A stretch of DNA of 63,835 nt, counting the filler, from Hyphochytrium catenoides (taxonomy: Eukaryota > Protista > Hyphochytriomycota), in NCBI GenBank assembly GCA_900088475.1. It is 9 parts of 9 records of this genome, joined end to end, with 100 filler letters (N's around TTAATTAATTAA, not from the genome) between each part and the next. Parts side by side here need not be neighbours in the genome. Positions count along the whole stretch, not along the records: positions 1 to 19,346 come from FLMG01003963.1; 8 more parts are not named here. The stretch is one strand, 5' to 3'. The notes below the pieces were generated by a model that was not told where the DNA came from, did not search any database, and worked only from the letters and a program-made list of their open reading frames with translations. Positions 1 to 11,602 of the stretch are shown in pieces (within the stretch, counting starts at the first letter, position 1; the number at the start of each line of letters is the position of its first letter). A program made the translations under genes and the position numbers.

Positions 1-502
1 GATCTGACTAGGCTTTGGGCTACTTCTGGCATCGGCTGTTGCGCACCCGGCCCCACTCGAGTCATTCTAGGATGGCGTTGACACATACTAAGTAAGATAC
101 ACTGAGGACGACGACACCTTCAGACAAACAGACAGACAACGAGAGCGACACAAGGAGGAGAGATGAGCTACGCATCCGAGAGAAAAAAACAAATAGGTGG
201 ACACAGAGAGAGAAGGCTGGATCGCTACTGCCTTGTCGACGCTAGATGGGGCAGACGGGAAGAAGGGACACGAATTTTCAAAGGCCAAAATGCCAACGAC
301 GACGCAGTGGGGAGCTGCCCGTTACCTGGACCCAATCCTCTATCACAAGCTTTGAGAGAACCGCGTCAATAATGGCGAGGCCGTCCTGCTCCTCATTTGC
401 TGACACCTCATCTCCTACAAGTACCCATTCCTCAGAGCTCTCACCTCCGCCAGTTGTTGCACCCTTAATTTTGCTACGAGAGTCTTCCGCGTGAGACATC
501 AT
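1..502 (-). CDS. 5' end of a spliced hypothetical protein gene that runs off the window start
   Basis: MMSHAEDSRS...LVIEDWVQ ends at a CAG|GTAACG donor. A CT-rich intron follows, then a candidate phase-0 acceptor near 67 continuing NDSSGAGCATADARSSPKPSQI. No family recognised. Confidence 0.35.
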
Positions 503-1850
503 CCTTAGAGAGTGGGATAGCGAGCCCGATGGTGATAGGCTAGCAAAAGGATGGGACAATTGGAGGGGCAACTGGCAGATGTTTCGACGAAGGTTGCAGA
601 TTCTCCGGATCCGCCTGAATAACGACTAAATTGTCTAAGGGATTGTGCCGTAGCGATAAGGCTAGAGAGCGCTTGGAGAAAGGGACACCGACGCCAACTA
701 GGCAGACAGATTGTAGAGGGCGAGGGCGACAGGGACAAGCGCCGCCGAGAGCAAGACAGTAGGACGACAAAGCCTACGGACGCCAGGGAGGACCCTTTTC
801 CAGAAGACAAACGAAGAGGAGAGACACCAATTTGATGTCGAGCACTGGATACGAACAAACTAAGATCAACAAAAGAACCGAGCGTTGGCGAAGTAAAGAG
901 CCATCTAATATCCGTTGTTCCTCGTCTATTGAGCTCCGAGCAAGCTGTCCTTCCGTGTCCCGATGACAAGTCTCTTCCCAATCTTCAACTGCAGATGCTG
1001 ACCAACATTTTATAAACGCAACTTCCAAAAGAAACGAACCAAAGTCGTTCTTTTCGGCGTTTTAATTTCGTACCATCAGTGCTAGTGCACTGTTCTTGCG
1101 TACCTCTAACGTTTGGATTCCTATGGGTTGAGAGGCTTAGGATCGGACTCTGTCTCGAATCTTTTTCCTCGTACGTTAACTTTGGGTCTAGGACACCGTA
1201 ACCCATGTTTGTACACTCTGTAACGTGTTTGTTACAGTTGTAGCTCTCATTGTGTTGGTTCTTTTTCTGCAGCACTTCTTCTATTTATCTCGCCCTCCCA
1301 CTGTCTCCCCTCTTTTCTGCTATAGTTCTACAAGTACTCTCTGTTTCTGTCTTTCTCCGGTCTCTGCCTCTGTCTCTGTCTTTGTCTCTGTATTTATTGT
1401 TGACGTAGCTGTTGACGTGCCATTCGCAGATTCTTCGAGCTTTAGAAAGCTAGGATCGCGAGATCGGTCAGGAAAGGGCATTGCGATGCTGAAGGCCATC
1501 GCGTGTGTGCGCGGAGTGTAGAGATTGTGCCAATAGTATCTTCTTCATGTCCCGGCGGGAACTGTGTGGCAAGCAAGTTGTTGGAGAATACGTCGTACGC
1601 TGAAGATAGCGACGACTATCCGTCCGCAAGCAAGTCCCTCATCACAGCCCCTCGACATGTTTCTTCGAGGAAGACGGAGGCACCGATGTTCATATACACA
1701 CGGTATCCCCTTGTACTTCTGCGCTCTAGCAGCTATTCTTGACCGGACAAACAAAGCCCTATGAACGGACGCACGGTAGTTGCTTAAAGTCACCCCCGAA
1801 AAGTACGTGATGACCGGCAAAGAGTCTGTCAGAAGCGCATGCAAAGGTTC

Positions 1851-2203
1851 TAGTTGCTTCCTCGAGATTCCAAGAGTTGAGCTGGCACTATTGATATCTC
1901 ATCAATAATGTGCAGCATGATGGCTGCTTCTTCCTGTTGGCTTTGAGAGACTGTGGGAGCAATGTGAGCATGTGGTGGCTGCATGGGTGAAGGTTTCTGG
2001 CCGAGTGCATTGTCGTGCCTTCCTTCCTTGTAGTTGCTTCTTCAAAGTTTCCCAAGAGTTGAGCTGGCACTAATGATATCTCATCAATAATGTGCAGCCC
2101 GTGGCTGCTTCTTCCTGTTGGCTTTGAGAGACTGTGGGAGCAATGTGAGCATGTGGTGGCTGCTGCATGGGTGAGGGTTTCTGGCCGAGTGCATTGTCGT
2201 GCC
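1851..2203. repeat. About 175-bp tandem duplication inside the left arm (helicase motif Ia-II segment)
   Basis: tagttgcttc...gagtgcattgtcgtgcc occurs at 1851-2019 and 2031-2203. Confidence 0.9.
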
Positions 2204-3132
2204 ACCGATGTTGAGCGCAGCGGTGGTTAGATATGCAGTTGCTTCTACGGCTTGGGGTCTTCCCCATCATTCTGCTAGAGCGTTTAATGCATGAATACCG
2301 AGTGACTCGCCTCTGCCAACCAAGCCCTCCCCCCCAAGAAAAGTTATCGCCTGCTTGTTGAGAGGCACGTGCTGCCTGCTGAGCGACTGCTTGGTCTGCT
2401 TCCTTCTTATGTCCAGGGTCACATAGAGACCGATATATGAGAGGTTTGCCTATGGAAACTATCGTTTGATGCTGCGTGTCGTCGGCACGGAAAGCCTGGA
2501 AGATCTGTGAGATAGCCGCATAGAGAGGAAGAGTCTCTGGATCTTGAGGTGGAGTGTCTGGCGGCATTTGCAATGTGCTGGCTGCTGTAGATAGCGAACT
2601 CCATTAAGGGGCGTAGGACGTATTGCGGCATGCTGGCGTTGACGCTGTCGATTGTTCACTTCTACCATTCGAGAAATTATTCATTTGTTCTTGGTGGTGA
2701 TGAAGGTTGGAGCAGGGTGTGTGAGTGGGAGGGTGTAGAGTTATGCCATTGTTTGAAAGGTATCTCCATGTCCCGGCGGAAACTGTGTGGCCAGCAGGTT
2801 GTTGGAGAATACGTTGTACGCTTCGAGGGGTATGTGAGGGGCTTGCTTGCGGACGGATCGCTGCTATCTTCAGCGTAATAAAGATACCTTTTTCAAAACA
2901 TGGCACAATTCTATACTACCCCGCTCACACACGCTGCTGCTTCAACCTTCACACCACCAAGAACAAATGGATAATCTCTCAAATGGTGACAAGTGACCAC
3001 CAGTCAACAGCGTCAACGCCAGCAGGCCACAATACGTCCTACCCGCCTTAATGTAGTTCCATCTACAGCCAGCCCCATGGCAAATGCCACCGGACACCCC
3101 ACCTCAAGATCCAGAGACTTTTCCTCCTCTGT

Positions 3133-3726
3133 ATGCCACTATCCACAGATCTCCCAGGAGCTTTCCGTGCCGACGAGACGCAGCATCGAGCGATAGTTTT
3201 CATAGGCAAACCTCTCATGTATCGGTTTCTGTGTGACCCTACCGGACATAAGGAGGAAGCAGACCAAGCACTCCCTCAGCAGCAGCACGCGCCTCTGGAC
3301 AAGCAGGCGATAATTGTTCTTGGAGGAGGGCCCTGCAGAGGCAAGTCAACGGCAATTCGTAAGGCTCTAGCAGAAAGATGGGGAAGAAGACCCCAAGCCG
3401 TAGAAGCAACTGCATATCTAACCACTGCTGTGCTCAACATCGGTGGCATGACAATGCACTCGGCCAGGAATCTTCACCCATGCAGCCACCACATGCTCAC
3501 ATCCGCTCCCACAGTCTCTCAAAAGCAACAGCAAGCGAAAATTGTGCTGCACATTATCGATGAGATATCAATAGTGCCAGCTCAACTCTTGGGAAACTTT
3601 GAGGAAGCAACTAGAACCTTCGCATGCGCTTCTGACAGACTCTTTGCCGGACATCACATACTCTTCGCAGGTGACTTGAAGCAGCTACCGTGCGTCCGTT
3701 CCCAGCCTTTGTTTGCCCAGCAATGA
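3133..3726 (+). pseudogene. Pif1-family DNA helicase fragment (motifs I-III), best-preserved copy
   Basis: ORF carries degenerate Walker A GPCRGKST, NIGGMTMHS, IIDEIS and GDLKQLPCV, and stops directly after motif III. Confidence 0.85.
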
Positions 3727-4185
3727 ATAGCTGCTAGTAGCGCAGAAATACAAGGACATACCATCTACATGAGCATCGGTGCCTCCGTCTTCAAAAAGCA
3801 TGCGCTGTCATCGTGACCAGTGGGCGCTTTCCTCGACTTAGAGAAGCCAGTGCCTGTCTCTCAAAATCGGTGGCACGACAATGCACTAGGCCAGAAACCT
3901 TCACCCATGCAGCCATCATATGCTCACATCCGGTCCCACAGTCTCTTCTCAACAGGCGGCAATCGTGCTGCCACTATTGCGATGCCAAAGATTAAGGACA
4001 TAAAAAGCGTAGTGTGAGTGGGGTGTAGACTTGTGCCATCTTCTGAAAGGTATCTTCAAGTCCCGCCGGGGACTGTGTGACCAGCAGGTTGTTGGAGAAG
4101 CGTACGTCGTACGATCGGTCGTGTTGACCCTGAGTGGGCGCAGTTCTTCCTCGAGTTAGAGAAGCCACCAGTGCATCTCTCTCAG

Positions 4186-5382
4186 CAACATCTGAGATAT
4201 ATCAACGCGAGACGATTCCAACTACCTCAGGATAGCGCGCCAGGAGTCATTCTTCCAATCGCTATCACCCTCCACAAGGTATCGCTTGCATATTTCGTTG
4301 AAAATAGCCGCTCATTCGTGTCTGCCCTAGGTTCGTTGCGCAGTCAACTTCCAGTTAACACGCTTTGTTATTCGACAGTTGCCATCAGCCAAGAGGCCCA
4401 CTGTCTATCAATGGGACGCGGAGATAATATCAAGAGGAGACTATCCCATCATCAGCTCACTTCGCCATCTTCCCGACTACGATACTGGGAGAGTCTGCAT
4501 GTCACTCGAGGCCTACTCAGGTAAACTCTATACTGCCCATACGCATTGCTTCTTGCACTCACAAAGCGAGAAGGCGTGCCCATCCAAATAGTATGAACCA
4601 TTTTCTGGGGCGCACTCGGTGTGGGCAACGGAGACAAAGGAAGTGTAGCTTGTGGAAGGCGCTATGGCGGGCTTGTGATCTTACCTCTATTTTGTGTTTT
4701 TCTGGAAGTAGAAGAAGATAGCCACTCGGAAGTCCAGGGTAGTGGGGTTGTTCTGCTCTTGATTCGCAGAGTTTCACGGGGACATAGTCTGCCACCTTCC
4801 ACCAAGAGCGAGAACTAGCCCCAAGGAACATAGTGCAGCAGCTACGGAAGGTGGTGCCAGACTATATTCTCATCAAACTCTGCGAACCAAGAGCAGAACA
4901 ACCCCACTACCCTGGACTTCCGAGTGGCTATCTTCTCCTACCTCCAGAAAAACAGAAGATAGAAATAAAGTCACAACCCCCGCCATAGCGCCTTCCGCAT
5001 AACTGTCTTCCAGGATGTTATCAGCCGGGCCTTCGCTCTCACACCTGAGAACTTACAGGGAGGCACACATCTCGGTGTCGTCAGACATGATGCAGTCTCT
5101 CCCAGCAACGTAGTTGGGAAGATGGCGGAGTGAGCTAATGTGATAGGCTGCTCTTGACCTTATCTCCGCGTCCCACTGATAGGCAGTAGGTCTCCTGGTC
5201 TGCTGGTAGTTGTTGAATGACGAAGCGTGTTACCTGGACGATGACTGCACAACGCACCTAGGGAAACATGAATTAGGGGTTAGATGCTAGCGATAGTATG
5301 TTGAGGGCGATAGCGATGGGAATATATTTTGAGACGCCCTGAGGAAGTGGATCCGTCTCGTGTTAAGATATCATAGATGTTG
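4186..5382. repeat. Large diverged inverted repeat 2 (arms about 4186-4800 and 4846-5382)
   Basis: gatagccactcggaagtccagggtagtggggttgttctgctctt (4717-4760) has its exact reverse complement at about 4889-4932. The outer arms 4186-4505 and 5080-5382 also align in inverted orientation. Confidence 0.9.
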
Positions 5383-8300
5383 GATCTGCAACAGTTAACG
5401 GAACTCAGATAAAATCGGTTCTTCGTCCTTCTTTACAGCTCATGAGGATCTGCTGCACAGGTCACCCGAGGAGGCAGGAAGTATATGATCTCACCTACCA
5501 GCTGTGTCCTCTTTCTTTTTCACCGCTTCTTTCTTTGCCTTCGTTGACGATGTCCTTGAACTCCTGAATAAAGAGAATGGACTTTACCAACCGTATTGTT
5601 CTCATCATCATCTGCATCCGGCTCAGAGGTTGGCAGAATGTGATGCCGCCGTACAGTCTGGTCTGTACGGTGGTCTGATGGCTGCTGATTAGCTTGGTTT
5701 AGCTTCTCTTGTAAGCCTTGGTTTCGGCTCTCATCTGCTCGACAAGAAGGTCAGTGAACTGGCAGACTGTGTCTGCTAGTGTTCGTGAGAGATCTTCTTA
5801 TCTGCCTTCTTGTTGTATAGACAGCAGCAGAGCAGCACTGCTCATCTAGGCCAGGGTTTGCTCAAGGGTGCGATTGTCTCGCTGCAGCATTTGGATTTCA
5901 GGGTTGCGGGTGCTTGTGCGGCTGCCGTTAGGCGGGCTGTTGGTTTCAGCCTCCACCAGTGTTGTTGGGATGCTCGCTCTTGTTGTTGAGCTTCATTAGG
6001 ATTGCGAGGAGTTGCTCCTCTTTTGGAAGGCATCCTCGCTTTAAATTGACCGGAACAACTGAGAGGTAAGGAGGAACGCAGAGGTCAGTGGTCTCGGCAG
6101 AGTTCTGCGCGCACGGCGGCGATGCGCCATCCATGTAAGGTCAGAATGGCAGGAGAAAGATCAGAATCGCATTATGTTAGAGCGCTCTTCTCCCAGCCAA
6201 TGCGAAGTGGGAAAGATCTCATTCTGGGTCCCGGGACTTGGAGGATGCCTGACGTGGGTTCCCACATCCCTGACACTACTACTTGCCTCGAAGGCTTAGC
6301 GAAACAAGAGGATTAGCCCACTTCCTACTAGAGTGTAGAAGAGCCAAGAAAGGAGAAGCACTGCGTAGCTAATAAGCCTGATAAAGACTACGAGGAAGGA
6401 AGCAGCACAAACACGCGAAAAAGAAGAAAGGGAAAAGATGAGAAGGGAGAAAGAGAATCCCCTAAAAAAAAAAGGCAAAACTAGGACAGCAGGGGAGAAC
6501 AGCGAACAAGCAACAAGAAGCAGCTCATGAAGGAAGCCACAGCAAGGAGGCAGCACGGCAGCCGCCAGAAGAGAAACCACCACCAAGCAAGCAAGTGGGA
6601 GCAGAGAAATAGCAAGCGACACACATGTACAGTATAACATGATGTGTCTGGCCTTACAACCCGTACTCCGATAAGAAATATTGGAAGTAGGTTCGACCAA
6701 GGTGTACGAGGAGCAAGCAGCAGATGGTTCAGAAGAAGCAACAAGACAACTAACAACCGGCATTTGCCCCATGATCTGGTACAACTAGGAGATCCTAGGC
6801 GATTGGCACCTCAAGCGACATTCCTAGGAGACACTGGTTTATAGATAGAACAGGAGCATTGGTTTAGTAGATACTCTGCTGGGCTAAACCTGGTCATCAC
6901 TTCTTTGGACAAGGCGTTTATATATTGAGGCAGCCCAACAACGAAGCCACAAGAAGTCCAGGTTTGAGCTCAGCAGCTTCCCACACACATCTTGTTTCTC
7001 CATTGTGGAAGCAGAGAGGCAAAGCTGGCTGGCCCTTCCCGCCGTCTCCTCCATTATCGCTGTGGCAGGATGTGGGGTTGCATCCTCTTTTCTGCACCAA
7101 GTTCTGCTTTTATCGGTACCCGTCGGTGGAAAGGTTAGAGGGCTATTAATTATTAGTTGTAATAGTAGTGAAAGATTTCGTTGAAGCAGGAGCAGCAGCA
7201 CCGCGCAGACAGGACCTAGAAGAAGAAAGTATCGAGGGAGAAACGAGGTAGTCGCCACTGTTGGGGCGGCATTGCTGCCAACATCATCATGGCTGCAAGA
7301 AGGGACGCTACAAAATAACAGAAAGGCAGTTTGTCTGAGAAGAAGGCATACTACGATGATGATGGTAGTAATGTGGAATAGCAGCTTTAGCAGAGCAGTG
7401 CACGCCGCCAGAAAAGAATGAAGAATCAGCGTACCATTCCTCCTGAGTGATGGCGCCGGGGAGGTAGTGAGGGGAGGAGGATCCACACAGCCAGTCATGA
7501 TCAAAAGGGAGTCCAATGGAGTAGGGAAGAGGAAGCCGTAGCAATACATCCTAGAGCAGCATACTTTACAATGTATGGTGCCGTAGAGGGCAAAGCATGA
7601 CATACAAATCATACTAAGATAGGCAGAAGAAGGAGGCAAAAGCAAGCAAAACAGCCGAGCACCAAAGCAAGCAGGAGTCACCAGAGGAGACTTGAGAAAG
7701 ACCCACAGACGTACAAAAGAGAGGACAAGAAAGCACGCCAAGACAGACGAGGTTGTCGTGGCCTCTCTCCTCCTTGGCGATAAGCAGCAGCAGCTCCCGC
7801 ACAACGACCTATCCACTAGTACTCGTACTATATATGACAATGCGGCCACCAGCAGCAGCCGAGCAATGGTGAGCTACGCACTCCAACTCCACGAGAAGAA
7901 GGGTGTTGCTCAGTAGGCAATGACTAATAGACGCTTATGATAATGGAGGAATAATAAGTGATGAAGTAGAAGAGGCTTACTATTCTCTGGTCAAGGAAGG
8001 AAGAGATCCAAGACAGGACGGCGTAGAGAGAAAAGAACTAGAGGGAAAGAGGGAGAGAGAAAGAGAGAGGGAGAGAGAGAGTGTGAAAGGAAGAGCCATT
8101 GCGGAGCGAGACAGAGACGACAGGGAGACAGGAAACCGAACATGAAGCCAAGGAAGAAGATCACACCTTCTTCAATCCTCTGCGCTTCCCGCCGCCATGT
8201 CCTCCTCCTCCACAGCGAGCAGAGTGAATGGATCTCTTACCTCGAGAAAGAGTGAGGAAGAGAGCAGATCTTCGCGGTGGACTTGCCATGGATTGAGAAG

Positions 8301-8803
8301 AGACAGAGGAGAGGATGACATATCTATCATCTTCGGGGTCTCCACCATACCTCCTTTTGTCCTCCTAAGCTCTCTTCTCTCTCTCCTCTCTCTCTTCTCT
8401 CTCTCTCTCTCTCTCTTTCTTTAGTTTATGGTTTCGCTATTCATGCCTTTAATTGTAGAGACGTAGAGAAGAAAAATATCTTTCTCTAATATCCAGCGAT
8501 AAGGAGGGCAAAGACAGAAGAAAGAGAGCGAGAAGAAGACGGCCATCTCGTCAGACACAAGGACAGGAAGGGAGAAGAGAGTGATGGCGAGGAAAGGGAA
8601 AGAGCCAGAAAGATTCTGAGAAGACTGGGCGGAGAAGATGTGTTGACGGTTCACAGAAGAGAAGGGCAAAAAAGGGAGCCTTGGGCTGAAGAAAAGTAGA
8701 AGAAACAAAGAGGGACGGGGAAGAAGAAGATTGATCGTAAGAAAGATAAGAGAAGAAAAGAGAGGACAGGAGAGGCTCGAGGCTGAGGATGACGCGAGGA
8801 GCT

Positions 8804-8864
<61 letters not shown>

Positions 8865-9252
8865 CTTAAAAAAGGAAGATGGAATGGTCCGCTGCACGCC
8901 TTGATGTCCAATCTCAGCCTCAGGTCCTCTAACAAGAGCTCCACATGTCAACCCCAGCAGGCAGTCTCCTCTGCCACTTTTCTTTACGCCCCTTGCAGCT
9001 CAAGGCTCAAGGATCGTGCCCCTGCCCGCCCTCACCGTTCGGCTCTTCGCAAGCTTAATTATCCTTCTCTCATCTCCATCATCTCTGTCTTGCCCCTTGG
9101 CGTTCGCTACTAGCTGTCTCTCCTTGTCTCTCTTACTCTCTGTCTTTGTCACGACGCGGGCTGCCTCGCCCTCGTCATCGTGGTATAGCCTCCGTAAGAC
9201 GTTGAGCCAAAAGCTCATCTGTTGATAACTAGCAAGCACTGTCATTCACCAC

Positions 9253-11067
9253 ATGGTGCAATCACAAGGAAGAACAGAGGCATGCCTCGCTCGAACCTTC
9301 CCTGCTATTGTTGTTCCTGGCGTGGATTCCGCCTCTCCCGTTCTTTTTAGCTCCTGCTCCAAAGTTGAGCAAGAGACCTCTTCAATCTTTGCTGCGGCTC
9401 CAACTTTGGAGAGATCTCTACGAGGCAGAAACCACCATGGCGGCGGAGCAAAAGTAAATGGGAAGAAAGGAAGGACCACGCCGCCAGGAGGAGCGAGACA
9501 TCACGAAGTCTGTGAAAAAGGGAAGAAAAGGACAGAAGAGAGTTATGACTCCTCTTCTTCCTTTGTTAGTTCTACAACTCTTTCTGCGTCCACCGATAGG
9601 GATTGCTGCTCTTCTTCTCCAACCTCATTGTCTTTTAGTCGTCCGGTAAACAAGAGACAAAGGATCACGAAGCTCCTCCCACTCGACGACAAAGAGGAAA
9701 CCACGTCTTCGAAGATGACAGAGAGGGGGAAGAAGAGGATCCAGATTCAGCGAGAAGAAAGAGGCGATAATGAACCAGTCGGCAGCTATCACCTGGAAGA
9801 AGGAGAGCAGCGTTCTGCAGGGTCCATCGTCGCCATCGCGCTGGAGGACAAGCAGCTGGGAGGACAGAGAGACAAGGACGACACAGATGCGAGAGGCAGT
9901 TGTAGTCTTTCATCATTCTCCGCTTCTTCGGCTTTGTCTGGGCTCGATCCGTACTTATCTCCGGCGCCAGGGGCACAAGCGGGCGCTGCAGAGACGACAG
10001 AGCATTCGCCGACAAAGAAGAGAGATGATCACATGGATCCACATGAGCGGAAGGTTCTGCACAACCTTCGAGAGAAGGAGCGGGTTCGGCATATCTCCCG
10101 CAAATTTTCAGAGGTGGCAGAAGTACTACGTCAGAGAGGTTATGTTCCTAGAAGAAAGGTTCAGTCTGACATCCTTGAGACAGTCCTAACCTATATCAGC
10201 GATCGGGAAGAGGAAAGAACGGCCATGGAAGCCAAGATAAAGCAACTCACCTCTATGCTTTCTTTCAACTCCTCGTCTTGTTCTATGACCATCTCACAAG
10301 GAGAACTTGTCAGGCCTGCTTGGCCAAGTCATGACAACCCCATAATAGACGTTGTGCAGGATGGTACCACCGCCGAGAGCGTGATGGACGACGCACTCTT
10401 GCTAGAAGAGGAAGGTAAGAGGATGTAAGCAGAGTAGTACTTGTTCTTGGAGAGAAATACCTCTTTCCTGTTCCATGACTTCAACGCTCTGTCTTGGCCT
10501 ATTAGCAGCGTCTCCTCTGCATCTTCTTCTTCTATATAGTCGCTCAAAATTGTGCTCGCGTGCCTCAAACTTCTTTCTGTTATAGCTCTCACATCACTCG
10601 CACTTCAAGCTGTATTCCTTTCTGAATTCGTGGTTTCGGCTTCTCTAAAAAGATTCCGGCATCGTCCTCAATCGGTGTAATCACCTCACCAGTACCCTCG
10701 TCATGGTCTACGGACAGACTCGTTGGAGACATTAATCTTCACTGATGGGGATACCAGCAGTAGCAGCCCATCACTCCAAGAAGTTCTCGGGGAGGAGGAG
10801 GATGACACAGCACTGAAGTATGGCGAGGCCGCATCGCTCCCCTCTTTGAGCACGAGCCTTGAGATCTTCTCCCCTATCGATAAAGAGAAAGAAGAGCCAA
10901 CAAAAGGGTTGTTCGAAGTAGCAGAAGATTGGGACGACATTGTGGAGGGTGTAGAAAAAGATGAATGGGTCAATGATAACACCTTCCTGGAGCTCTCTAC
11001 TTCTCCAAATCGAACCGAAGAGATGACGATAAACTCAACAGAGTCTGAGCCAGGAACAGAGGACTAA
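9253..11067 (+). CDS. bHLH transcription factor 1 (probable join 9253..10414, 10718..11067)
   Basis: ERKVLHNLREKERVRHISRKFSEVAEVL...KVQSDILETVLTYI is a basic-HLH followed by a zipper-like helix. A G|GTAAGA donor at 10415 and CAG acceptor at 10717 join in phase to an acidic ORF ending at 11067. The unspliced ORF ends at 10428. Confidence 0.8.
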
Positions 11068-11493
11068 TAGTAGAGTTTTCTCGACAAGTAGATGAGTGGA
11101 CGACATCGACACAGTCATTTTGAGGAGCAGCTATTATGGTCCTCCCTTAGGATATCAGGGGGATTTCTTGCTTTTTCAAGCTTCATTTGGCCGTCGTAGC
11201 CCTCTTTGTCGCTTCGAGGCTAGTATCAATAAACACAGCAAGCTCCACAGCCCAAAGCCAAAGACACAGGAAGCAACAACGAGTATAATAAAGCGAAGAA
11301 CTTAGACTCACTCAACAAGCCACTAAGAGCATGCGCAGCAGCAGCGGGTCTTGTTAGTTGACAAACTAGGGTCGTTTGGATGGAGCACGTGCTCTTACCT
11401 CCTTTTGATGAGTTGTTAGAGGACAAACCTCCTCCATCACCACGCAAGCAGGAAATCCACGTTTTCTTTTTTTGATGCTCCTCTTAGAGCAAA

Positions 11494-11602
11494 GACATCC
11501 TTTGTCTGCTTTAATGCTAAAGTGAAGAGCTACTCTTCTTCTTTGCTAAAGCTATGATGGGGAAGAGAAGAAAATAGCTTAGCATTAACGCCAAAGGATG
11601 TC
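11494..11602. repeat. Imperfect hairpin / short inverted repeat of about 110 nt
   Basis: gacatcctttg (11494-11504) pairs with caaaggatgtc (11592-11602); ttaatgctaa (11511-11520) pairs with ttagcattaa (11579-11588); the inner stretch pairs imperfectly. Confidence 0.7.

Larger units (their letters stand above)
1656..3800. repeat. Large diverged inverted repeat 1 (arms about 1656-2767 and 2883-3800)
   Basis: Reverse complement of the left arm aligns by eye with the right arm, e.g. agagtctgtcagaagcgcatgc (1821-1842) vs gcatgcgcttctgacagactct (3622-3643). Confidence 0.9.
1508..5400. mobile_element. Degenerate, rearranged Helitron-like (Pif1/SF1B helicase) element remnants on both strands
   Basis: Pif1 motifs in fragments: GGGPCRGKST (I), TAYLTTAVLNIGGMTMHS (Ia), HIIDEISIV (II), FAGHHILFAGDLKQLPCV (III), and FQDVISRAFALTPENLQGGT (V-like, about 5008-5067). 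Many stops, frameshifts and duplicated fragments. No Rep (HUH) domain recognised, so the Helitron call is an inference. Confidence 0.7.

Noticed and set aside
3133-3726. Functional host PIF1 or bacterial RecD/TraA gene
   Set aside because: Walker A is degenerate, the ORF stops after motif III, and it sits among multiple broken copies.
1508-5400. CRISPR-like array or prokaryotic defence system
   Set aside because: Repeats are long, irregular, diverged and protein-derived. There is no constant repeat-spacer period and no cas gene, and the context is eukaryotic.
6884-7849. 321-aa minus-strand ORF
   Set aside because: L/C/S/F-rich composition typical of the reverse complement of purine-rich DNA; no motif recognised.
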